Assembly (NCBI GenBank): GCA_977030845.1
Contig: OZ365118.1
Span: 20,026,001-20,090,000, forward strand
DNA from: Fimbriosthenelais zetlandica
Taxonomy: Eukaryota
DNA length: 64,000 nucleotides
Direction of reading: 5' to 3'
The position numbers were made by a program, and so were the translations under genes. The notes beneath the pieces were generated by a model, which ran no database searches, was not told where the DNA came from, and saw only the letters and a list, made by a program, of their open reading frames with translations. Below, piece after piece: positions 48,447 through 59,491 of the stretch. Positions within the stretch are counted from its first letter, which is position 1; each line of letters starts with the position of its first letter.

Positions 48447-48599
48447 GGAGCTACCAGCGACTCTCGTTAAGTTTTAAATTACAAAGAAACATAGGGTATT
48501 TTATATTCCAAACATACTTGCCTTCCATTCTCATTGTGATGCTGTCATGGGTGTCTTTTTGGATTAATCATGAAGCCACTTCTGCCAGAGTGGCTCTTG
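48447..48599 (+). CDS. Lcch3: Coding exon equivalent to exon 7 (153 nt): (G)[50 protein letters not shown](G)
   Basis: Acceptor cttctcttttctttctttgcag|GG, donor CTTG|gtaagt. Encodes loop C, M1 and the start of M2, at the conserved 153-nt size. Confidence 0.97.
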
Positions 48600-51301
48600 G
48601 TAAGTATTCTACTATTTATCTCATCTTTTTCATCACTAAATTAATGCATTTATCTATGTATAACAACATGTACCATAGCACACCATAAAAACCGATAACT
48701 AAAAACTCCCAGTAACAAAGCCCCTATTGTTTATCAACCACTATATTGGGTTTCTGACAAAAAATCATTTCCACAATTGTCATGGGAGTGAGGGTAATAT
48801 ATGAGCCACACAATACATGTGGGGGTATATTAGTTGGGGAAAGAACACTCAGCCACAGGCAACACCCAAGCTTCTTACAACAAAGAACACTTCTTCTGAT
48901 CTGGGAAGTTTGAAGATAAGAAAGTTGGGGTGAATTTATAGGCCTACAAGTAGTGGGTGTTTTATACGTCTATTCCCCGGATTAAATGGGCCCAGTACTG
49001 GGTACTGGGGCTGGCCTGCCATTTCACACGGCCTTATTGGGGGAGAAATTATACTGCCTGATCTTTTATTCGCGTGTGAACTTCCCTTGTTTTTCCATTC
49101 CATTTGCATGCCACCTTCTCCCCTATTTCACCAACAGTATAAAGACCATATGCTCCATACACAGATTTCATGCTCTCCAACTGTACACTTAAATGTACCA
49201 ACAGTGGCAGCACAAAGTTAGCCTAAAATCTCAATTCTTAATCTTTATTTTACTGGAAAGCTACACTTATATTGAAGTGAGGTTCAGGGTTGGATCAATT
49301 AGTAAATGCATTGAAAACAGAGTAAACTAAAGGTTACGGGTTTACCTGACCTTTTCGCCAGTTAAGTGCCCCAGCCTTGCCAATTTGCGTTCTCACAACA
49401 TAATCAGCACCAATTAAAATCCCTTCTTCCACCCTCTAGCCACAGTCCCTCCATGACATACAGGAAAATACTATATGTTCATTATTACTCAAGTAAGAAT
49501 ATCTCCCCATCCTCCACTGAGCAGGGAATAATTTCTCACTCTCTGGAAGAATGCACTCATCTGAAATTCTACTGCAGGAAACTGATTATTGGCAAATGGA
49601 AAACAATGCAATGAGCCGAGCATAAGTATGGGCTTTAATTATTCAATGCCGACACCCTATCACGTCCTAGTTACCGGGACCTTCCTAGGGTTATTGTATT
49701 TTCAACCCAACAATGATTTTCCAATTACTACTCGTGTGGAGAATGAATAAGGCGTGCTACTTATTGTTCTTATAATAAGTTTCTTTTCCTCACTGCCTCC
49801 AAGGTTCTAAACATGGGACTGGGACATTAAAATGACATTTAGCAGTAGAGGTAACAGCAATATGACAATTAAGGGTTCTTCTCCATCTCAGTTACTGCGT
49901 AAATTGCAGAGGATCGGTAGAATTTTTCACAACCCCAATTTGATGGTAAGCTTTCTTGGAAACAATATCTACCAACTTTGTGGCAATAATGTCAGCAGGG
50001 ATTATATACAATTAGTTTGGGGCACAAGGCAGTTTACAGCGGCAGTGCCTCAAGGCACCATTCTTCTGCCGTGACAGGGCAGTATGGAGGATAGCAATAA
50101 ACAGCCACGCCTCCAGCCTGTATCTTATGGGAGGCTGTTATTACACATAAATGGCTGGCTTTTGGCACGCCATAATAATATGAGAGGGACAGTGAAGGAA
50201 GAACAGGGGGCGACTTATTACTCACGACACCTGGTATTAGGTGGTGAAACTATACCCCTATAGCTCAATGGTGGAAATGATGAGGGGGAGACAGATAGAT
50301 AGACAGGTAGAGGGACAGGCTTATAGGACAGGAGATGGGGAAAAAGCAGAAAAGTAGGGGAGGAGTGGGGGGAGAGAAGGAAGATTGATATTGGTAGGTC
50401 TGGGCTATTGACATTTACTGTCTCAGTAGCATCGATGCGCGGACTATAGCATCACCGGGGGACGCTAATACCCCCAGTTCCCATGGAGACAGCAAGCCTT
50501 CAATGATTAGCATTTATTTATGCGCTCAATCAATCGCTTTTCGCCTCCAATATCCCAGCAAGAAAGCCACCGATTTACCAAGAAAAAGGCGGCATTTTTT
50601 GTTCTTATACAAGACAGAGTGGGTTTGATTTCCATTCATGCTGTGACTAGTCATCGAGTCAAATATCTAGATGTAAAGTCTATAGTATTCTCACATGAAT
50701 AGAAAAAGCTGGCAGTAGTCCATCATTCAAGTTAGAAATGCCATCTATTGGTTCTACTTCATCATATGATGGGAGAAGGTATGATGAAAATACCACAAAA
50801 TGAGAACCGTCATTAATCACATCTCACACTGGTGGAATATACTGTCTAATTGCACTGGGTCTTATATGATGCAGTTCATTACTTTTTTAAGCATAAATAT
50901 AACAATGTCCTACAGATTTTTATAAATAGATGTGCAATAAAAATTAAATATCAAGGAGCGATTCTTCATGTAGCTACATGTATATAAATGATCGAATATA
51001 GCCTCTAACTCTAATCTTACTAGTATGCCTATAGTAAGGGGTGAATCTCTATAGATATATCTATATAAATGATAAATCCTCTGTCACTTTACTCGTGTAA
51101 TAATCTGGAGCTATATTAAGGATGAATCTGACTCTAATATGTTCTAGAGCACATGCATCGGCAATGTAGTCATGCACATAGAAAGAGCCCCTAGCTGAAA
51201 ATCATACGAGAAACTTGAGTAATCAAGAGTGAGAGCTGGTATTCACCTATAACAGGCTCTATAAAAATTCTAACTAAAAAAAAAAAATTTCCTATCTTCA
51301 G

Positions 51302-51543
51302 GTATCACCACTGTGCTGACGATGACGACCATTAGTACCGGCGTACGGTCGTCGTTGCCCCGTATCAGCTACGTTAAGGCCATCGACATCTACCTGGTCA
51401 TGTGCTTCGTGTTTGTGTTTGCCGCTCTGCTTGAGTACGCCGCCGTCAACTATACCTACTGGGGTGCGCGGGCCAAACGGAAAGCCAAACGCATGAAGGA
51501 AGCCAAGAAGACCGAAGATACCGAGTTCCAGGTCAGCAATACG
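51302..51543 (+). CDS. Lcch3: Coding exon equivalent to exon 8 (242 nt, or 230 nt with the upstream donor): (G)[58 protein letters not shown]...EFQVSNT
   Basis: Acceptor tttcctatcttcag|GT. Two phase-0 donors: CAG|gtcagc (after 51531) and ACG|gtaaga (after 51543). Encodes M2, M3 and the start of the loop. The exact 3' end is ambiguous. Confidence 0.94.
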
Positions 51544-51956
51544 GTAAGAGGCGCATCATAGATTTTCATATAGATCAACAAATCATGATCATGACCATGA
51601 AAACTAAATGATGGGCACAGAATCTAACTAAAGTACATGTAGTACCTAAATCTAAATTTAGAGTTATAGGATTGCTCAACATTAAAAGAAAATCCTTATG
51701 ACTTTATAGAAATCAATCATGGATCTAATAGTGGTTTCCTGAGTAAAGTGAAAACCTCAGATACAGAGAGATTGATCGCTCAATCAAGTTATTCTTTAGA
51801 ACCAATCATCATCCTTCATCAATCAAAACACTTGTCATCATTTATAAAAAATCAAACACAGAGATTGGTTCCTAAAGCCAAGTAAAGCTAAGTATATAAG
51901 CATGATTATGTACTGACTGAATTTAAACTGATTGAATGTATGTTTCTCTGCTGCAG

Positions 51957-52325
51957 AATGAAGCTATAGAGCTACAAGATGTTCGGATGTCTCCCATTCT
52001 GAGTTTACGCAACCGGCAAAACTTTAACTTTGAGAGTGAGGATAATCTGAAAGTGACGCCGAGTTTCCGCATGGCGACCACCGTCCCGCGGGCCTCCTAC
52101 CCCATCCGGGGCGGCCACACACAACTTCTGAGGCGCAAAAATGCCACCAGCGTGCAAAAGCGAAAACGGGTCCTTACTTCGCTTAAAAAGAAGGCCAAGG
52201 AGATTAGGTCCAAGATCCCTACAGTCAAAGATGTAAATAAGATTGACAAATACTCACGTTTAGTGTTCCCTTCACTGTTTATAGTGTTTAATGCGTGCTA
52301 CTGGTGTTTCTACTTGCTGCAGTAA
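51957..52325 (+). CDS. Lcch3: Terminal coding exon (369 nt): NEAIELQDVRMSP...KDVNKIDKYSRLVFPSLFIVFNACYWCFYLLQ*
   Basis: Acceptor tgtttctctgctgcag|AAT in phase 0. Encodes the M3-M4 loop and M4 (IDKYSR..FP...FN..YW), with TAA stop at 52323-52325. Confidence 0.96.
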   Translation, partial: NEAIELQDVRMSPILSLRNRQNFNFESEDNLKVTPSFRMATTVPRASYPIRGGHTQLLRRKNATSVQKRKRVLTSLKKKAKEIRSKIPTVKDVNKIDKYSRLVFPSLFIVFNACYWCFYLLQ

Positions 52326-52885
52326 CCAACACTCTTATTTGGCAAGTGTTTTTATGTCTGGAAAGGAAAAAGACAAATTGTCAAACTCAAAAGAGAATCA
52401 ATCAGAGCTTGAATGATCGACAAGGGATTGATACATGGAGAAAGTGTTCAAGGTGGACGTGGTTGAAGAGCTCACTGCTAGAAGTGCTGCTACTCGCACC
52501 AAGATTAGCAAGGAACATGACGAGAATGATGGAGGAAAAGTTTGGAGGAGGGACATTGGTAGTCCCACTGACATGACAAGGTCCCCTTGGAATTGGTCTG
52601 ATTGATTCAAAAGGTGGCAGATTGATCTGTATTCTACAAGAAGGTCAAGGAGTGTGACGGGCTGAGTTTTGTATGGCTCCAGACACGGAGGCCAAGTGTA
52701 AGGTAGAAAGCCGAGGACAGCTGCCACCTGACACATTGTGATACCCAGATAGACAGTCCCGATCAGACACGGGCCGCTGAGAAAGTATTTTGTATCAAAA
52801 TGATTTTCCTATCGGAGACTGCCCCAGGTTTAGCATTTAAAGCCGATCATAAAACCGCTGGCTTAAAAGTTTGAATGAAAGGAAA

Positions 52886-55389
52886 AATAAAGAGAAAGGG
52901 AGATGAGCCAGAAGTTGAAGAAGAGGCGTCAAATAGAGACATTGTGATCTACTGCTACCCACAGTATCTCCCCACTCATTGTCATTAACAGAGAACGATC
53001 CACTACACCTACCCATCCTACCCTAAAGCTCACACACACTGAGCAAACTTAGTTTATACTGATCAAAGGCTCCTGTACAACAACAGCCTCGTGAGAAGTT
53101 TGCTTGGTGTGATCTGAGCTTAATTTTACCTGACAAAGTCTCCTAGCACAGAATCAAACTGGGTACAAAAATATCATGACCCAGAAATTGAGAAAAATGA
53201 AAATATCAGAGACCCCCCTGTGTCCTGACACTATGAGGATAAGGGAAGGGCTGTCATACAGATGTATTAATATGGTGGACTTCTGGGGACAGTTAGCGGG
53301 GTCCTAGTCACTGTTGTACAGGAAGTTAAAGTGGGACCGACCACGGATGATAAGCGATATATTATACTGGTTATATTATAAGACAATGATGCTGTACATA
53401 TTACTTCATATGACAATATTCCTTCATCATTTTACACAGAAGTAAAGGAGAGCCTACTTCAGTTTTAACTTGTTCTAGGTCCTTTACTGTGATGTTATTA
53501 TAAAGAAAATGAAAGATTCACAGAAAGTGGTTTCTGGAATAATTCTGGATATTATAAGTGGGCGCGGTTTGGGATGAAATGCTTGTTCTCTCTAACGTTT
53601 CCTGTCTATGTATCTCATACCCGTGTAACATATTGAGTATGAACAATGTCACGTGACTTGGCTATGTCATGATTGGACATTGTCACCTTTCCTATCAACT
53701 TTTTATTCCAATCCCTACAGTCACTGTCCCCCTTCTCATATTCCCTTGAACGGCGCAAGACTGGTGTTAATTGGGTTTACTATCATTTTGTGCCAGTCTT
53801 TGTGATTGGATTATTGAGTAGTTAATTAATAATCAGGTTTATTCATGTCACACTCATTGTTTATGGTTATCATTAAGTTTCCAGTGTGAACGACTCAGTA
53901 TGAGAGTATCTGGTTATTGTTGATTGTTTACCTGAGAGAGCTAATTATATGTACCTGGTTTTAAGGTATGTGTATATAGGTGGGTTTTTCTGCTACACTC
54001 TAGAACTTCCAATGCTGTTAAATAACGGACAGTTACTGGTCAGTCTTAAACTGGTGAATTAAATCAAAAATATTCAACAAGAAAATATCGATTTAGAAAT
54101 TGGACACTAATAACTAGAAAATATTGATTCAGAAATTGGACTCTGATAACTAGTTGTGCCTACAATTTTCCTTTTAATCTTTGGTAATTTAAACACATTT
54201 CACCAGTGAAGGACTGGAGAGTGGGTGTCAGTCATTTAACACACAGTGTCTTAGAGTGTCGTGGGAAGGGCGTACTCAGCCTCCGTATTTAATGCTAAGC
54301 CTATAGGCCTACATAGAATAGATCGCCTAGTATACCTGTTCCTTTTCCTAACCTGTAAAAATGAACCAAACCCTGTGATTTCTCTCATGATAACGATGAT
54401 AATTATTGTTACTATGATTATTACTGCCCTTGCTGTCATTAAAACTTTCCATGTTTGATCATTATTTTATTAATTCATTAGGAATCTACATATAACCACC
54501 CACTCATTGTACCCTTCATACCATCACCGCTGATATCCACCTTTACTCTCATGGTGTTCTAGCTGTCTGCGGATCAGTGTTCACATTGTTTTAACAGTGA
54601 AGCATTGTTCACATTGTTTTAACAGTGAAGCATTGGGGTTTTACAGGGAATCACTGGTATTAAACGGTCACAATATGATAGGTGAGACCTGAATCATTCC
54701 CTGTCACCCGGCATTTTATAATTCACTGTAACTTTCTCACAGAATCATGTCAACTGAAAAGCTAACGAATCACTCGGGAAGAGAACCAACCCTTCCATGA
54801 AAGACTTTTTTGAGAATTTGGACCACCAGAGCTCACCATTAGGCATCATAAATTAGTAATATTTGCCCCCAGCCTAATCCCCCACTCATTATGATCTGCT
54901 GACTGATGACGTCAGAACTCATACGTCACTCCACCATTACCGTATATCCTCCACATCCACATTGTGACGTGTAGAACGCTGCTTATAATGTACATATACC
55001 CTCTATATCCACCCTCAATCAACCCTTGCTTTTCACATGGGTTCTTTGGTTGAATGGTGGCTATCATATTCTAATCAGTAACCAAATATAGCAGGACTGG
55101 TACGATATACTATTTGTGCATACTCATCGATCACGTTCATGGTTTGATTATTTTCATTATGTGCGACCCACACACAGGCTGGGCAATGTGTGGTGGTGGT
55201 CGCGACCAGAGTTCTGCGCCTTCTTTGTCTCTCATTAGTCTCTCATTTATATGTTAATAAACAAAAGCCAAAAAAGGGAATGACACATAAGTTAAGGAGG
55301 GGCTCTCATTACTAATAATAATGGTAATACATTGTATGTGACATTTTATGAAGTCATATCTGCCAGCCTCGCCTATGAAAGGAAATAAA
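52886..55389 (+). terminator. Candidate polyadenylation signals (AATAAA at 52886, 55256, 55384) for the channel mRNA
   Basis: Hexamers downstream of the stop codon. Which one is used cannot be determined from sequence. Confidence 0.3.
54578..54633. repeat. Perfect 28-bp tandem duplication
   Basis: tgttcacattgttttaacagtgaagcat x2. Confidence 0.93.
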
Positions 55390-58300
55390 CATGTTAATTA
55401 CATTATCTAAACTCTGATCTTTGTTTTCATTTACCTTCAACCCTTACAAGTAAATACTTACCATAGTCAGAAAAATCAAGGAGGGATGGGATATAACACA
55501 TTTCAATTTATAATATCCCTATTTATCAATCGTACTGGTATTATCAAAACTGCTGAAGACAAGTTCAATAAAGCAAACCTACCGATGGACGGATGTCAAT
55601 GGCTAGTCTGGAGTCTTCTATTCTTACGGATCGGCTGACAGTCTGAAAAAACCAAGGAGGAATAAGAATTTATATATCTTAATTATATAATTCAATTCAA
55701 TCGTTGATATTTATATTTCAATTTCTCTGAAACCATACACCCTGATATACATCCAAATAGGCTACATAAAACATAGCAGCAATTAAATGGCGGGCTAGAC
55801 TCTTTCTCTGACATATAAAAAAGTATAAAAGGTCTGGGGCGATTGGTTTTCTGTGGGAAGCCATATAGAGCGGTGTAATTTGCTGTAGGTATGGTACAGG
55901 TGTTGTATGGGATAGAGCAGGGAGTATAGGACATACTAACAAGGTCTCAGACCACTGACAGGTGGTGGATGGAGAGGGCTGTATATATAGACAACGCCAC
56001 TCTTAAAACATGAAATGAAACCTGGAGATATGACAAAATCACCTCAACTATGGAATTTCTTACATGTGGAACCAAAAATATGTTTTCTAATGAAAGTTTT
56101 TTTTATAGTAGTAATACTAGGTAGTGAAAATCGCTGCATGAATATCTAATAGCGAAAAGCTTAAGATCAAATTGGGGGCTCAGGTAAAGTAAAATAATTA
56201 TCAATCGAGTGAGATTGGGCCAGTACACATGAGTATAAACTTAGTGATAATCGACCACATGTTTTAGCGACAGTTTTTAGAGTGTACGGGTCGATCTCAT
56301 CCACAGAACTCCTTTTACTGATTAGAGAAAATGCACACCTGCTGTGGTGAAAGGGAGAGAATTGAAGCAAAGTGAACTGAACCACCTTGTACTGAATGCA
56401 ATGAATGAGTGATAGGATGGTTGAGAATGGCAAGCAATTAAATCTGATGGTTTACACATGGTGGGTTTATATGTGGACGGAATCAGAATTTAACACTTCA
56501 TCATCAATCATAAAATGAACATCTGATTAAACATTGGTGAGTTTATCAAGAGGCATGAGAATGAAGGCATGTAACACTGAGGTCGCGCTTAATGAATCAT
56601 GAATCAGACTGGATGAATCAGAGATCTGAATGTCTGCCTCCAATAATTCATCACGGAGAAAGATAGATTGTAAGAGTTCAAATTGACACAAAATCTTCAG
56701 GTCAATTCATGATAGGGTGAGATGGTAAGAGTTCAACTTTGACACAAACTTTAGGTCATCTCGCAAAATGAGACATAAATAAGTTGAAACAGTTCATATC
56801 TTAACCAGCTGTAGGGCCTCGTCCTAATAGAAATGTCAAGAATCTGACATCGTCAAATCAACTGAAGTCGAAATATTGCAATTAAAAGCAACTTTTTGAA
56901 AAGTGACAAGCATCCGAAATCCCTGTGGATTAATCTCGAGTTAAATTGAAAATTTGTGTCAGGGTTTTTGAGATAAAATTGGGCTGATGTGTCAGAAACA
57001 AGGTAGGCAGTAAGGGATCAGTTACAGTGATATTCACACACGTTATGTGAATAACGTAGGTGAACTTTAGGTTAAGATGGGTACATGTCAGCAGGGCTTG
57101 GTTCCCGTCCAGCATCTGATATAAGCTGGGGTAATGTTAACCCATGTTAACGGATGTCACTTTATATGTATACCTCAACCAAACAACATTAACTATACAA
57201 CAATTGTTCTTATCTGAATACTAGGAACAGTTATTCTCAAAAGAATATACTTGTTGTAGAATTTTCAATTTGTAAAGGAATAGCAGCAAATGTCCAAGTC
57301 TTGGTTTCCAATCTTCAGCAGAGGTAAACCAAAGCTAAGGTAACAACCGGCAGCCATGTTATTACCTGGGAGTGGGTAAATATCACTTTATGATCACTAA
57401 ATGATCACTTTATACCCCAATAGTGAGCAGGACCAGGCTTGAGAAACTCAAGATTGTAACATGGCAATCACAATCCTGACACATCGTTAATACAATCCAT
57501 CAGTACCAGGGAGCTGCCAAGTGAATTAATTTGGTTTTGGACACAGTTACAATACTCTGGATGCGGTTTAACCCAACCCAGGTAAAGTATAGAGGTATCT
57601 GAACTAGACAACTGGCATAGGAACCTAGAGATAAATCATAGTATTTGTAGCCTACCGAGCTAGCAATTCCTTAAACCCCCAGAGAGCCTATCAGCCATGA
57701 CAGAGTGCAGTGGGAGCGAGTTTTTCTTGACTTTACGAGTGCTAATTATGTCATCAATCTCATTTTCTATTGACATCACACTTAGAACTGTCTTGGTGTT
57801 GGGTGGTAGGGGGTTCTATTAAGGCAGACCTACTGTAGGGAGATCCATCAATTGGTGGTCGTTCCTGCAGCTAGTTTTAAGCATGTTAATGGCTATATTA
57901 GGTCATTTATCATTGCTTTATGGTCTTCTCTCGCCCTTTGGCATTGTTACTTTATTCTGCTTGGTACATAGCGGGTCCAATCTAAAGGTTGGGCGTGGTA
58001 GGGGGACGCAGCCATACATAGAGGAGTATGGGAGCCCCGGGGGGAGCGTCCCAGCGAGAAATGGGAGAATAGGTCATGGAAAGTGAGTTACTCGTGCATA
58101 ATACTTCCTTGCAATAAAATATTAGCCCCAGTCTCCCCCTACTACCGCCGCCCACGCCCGCCAGTTAGGCCATAGGTGAAGGGGTCTGTATTGTCAGACT
58201 TATCAGACATGATTGCCTTGTATTTCATCGCAATTGCAGAAGCTTACAAGAGCAAAGCAATGCTACTTATCCTGGATGCTGCCTTCAGCGGCTGGCCCCA

Positions 58301-59145
58301 AGCAATGCAGACTGTCACTAATATATTGCTATCATCTTCACATGAATATTTGCATATATTTTCTATGACAATATTTTAGTTGAGTAGTCATGTACATTCT
58401 CGTTTGGGGATTTTTAGATTTAGACTTGTCAGAGTGCTGTTGTAAATTAAAATGACAGACAATTTCTAAAAATTCACTGAAATGGCAAAGCTACTAAGTT
58501 AAGAACTTCGGCTCTCAAAATAAGCTTGATGACCAAAGTAATAAAGTCCATACCTAGACTAGTGATGTCCTGGTTCAGGAGAATCGTTAGATATCTTATT
58601 GATGCCGATTGTTGGCAATAACTAGTACTGGTGTGTCTTGAAGACTGAGTCAACTGATCAGTATCAGAAAAGTTCCATGAAAGGAAAGCTCAGTAACCAA
58701 TCTAATTACCAGACAATTTCAAATTGTACGCAAAGAACCCAGACTAAAAATTGAGCAATCAAGGAGAAACAGGATGTGTCTGCTTCAGCTTCTGTGGTTT
58801 AAGTTCATCCATTATGTAAGGTAAATACAGGGTCAATGGATGTAAAACAGATTGTCAGGCTCGTTTGTAGCGACTCTTCTCACTGTGACCAATGGCTTTA
58901 ACCCATAAACATCAGAAATATATACTATATCCTACTCGACTTCAACTTCAGGCTCTTTTGTCATGGAAATTATATTCTAACCCTTGGAAATAATGAGGAT
59001 CCGGGTACAAATTATATTTGGTGGAGTCGTTAAAAAATCTTAGATATTTAGCACAGCTAAATTAAGTTCAAAGGTTAAATTTTCTGTACATTTATACATC
59101 AATATTTGTGATATATATGTGGGAAATGAAGGTAGACAAATGGAG

Positions 59146-59491
59146 AAGGTGGGGAGGGATATAATGGTATAGAGGTATTTCACACGACGTCCCAGGCGTC
59201 ATAATACGACGATCCGCCATTTTGGACGTATAGCAATGCACGTCTACGACGTTGTCTACGTTCAAACAAACTGCCTTACAATGTAAGAAATAATAGTAGA
59301 CAACCCACTAGAAGTTTCCATAGTACATGAATGTTGTATGGACGTACCCTATGTACCCTATAGACGTGCAGTGCTATACGTCCAAAATGGCGGATCGTCT
59401 CATTTTGACGCCTGGGACGTCGCGTGAAAAACCTCTATAGGGGTGGGGAGGGATATAATGGTATAGGGGTGGGGAGGGATATAATGGTATA
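59146..59491. repeat. 26-bp minisatellite (GGGGTGGGGAGGGATATAATGGTATA) x3, interrupted by the MITE
   Basis: One unit at 59146-59171, two units at 59440-59465 and 59466-59491. Confidence 0.9.
59172..59435. mobile_element. MITE (non-autonomous DNA transposon), 264 bp, 75-bp TIRs, flanked by TATA/TATA
   Basis: The left arm 59172-59246 and the reverse complement of 59361-59435 match at 69/75 by manual alignment. Termini are GAG...CTC and the element is CpG-rich relative to background. Superfamily uncertain (GAG termini with a 4-bp TSD recall Sola elements). Confidence 0.9.

Larger units (their letters stand above)
555..52325 (+). other. Lcch3: Gene span (5'-incomplete): GABA-A receptor beta-like / LCCH3-type ligand-gated chloride channel subunit, 7 coding exons in window
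   Basis: Exon phases are compatible (1/0/2/1/1/1/0) and give one open frame of 1283 nt. It contains SFDSISEVNM-DYT, the WVPDTFF loop A, the Cys-loop [16 protein letters not shown]1-M4 and the M2 segment [20 protein letters not shown]. The LCCH3 assignment rests on remembered signatures ([44 protein letters not shown]), not on a database search. Confidence 0.93.
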
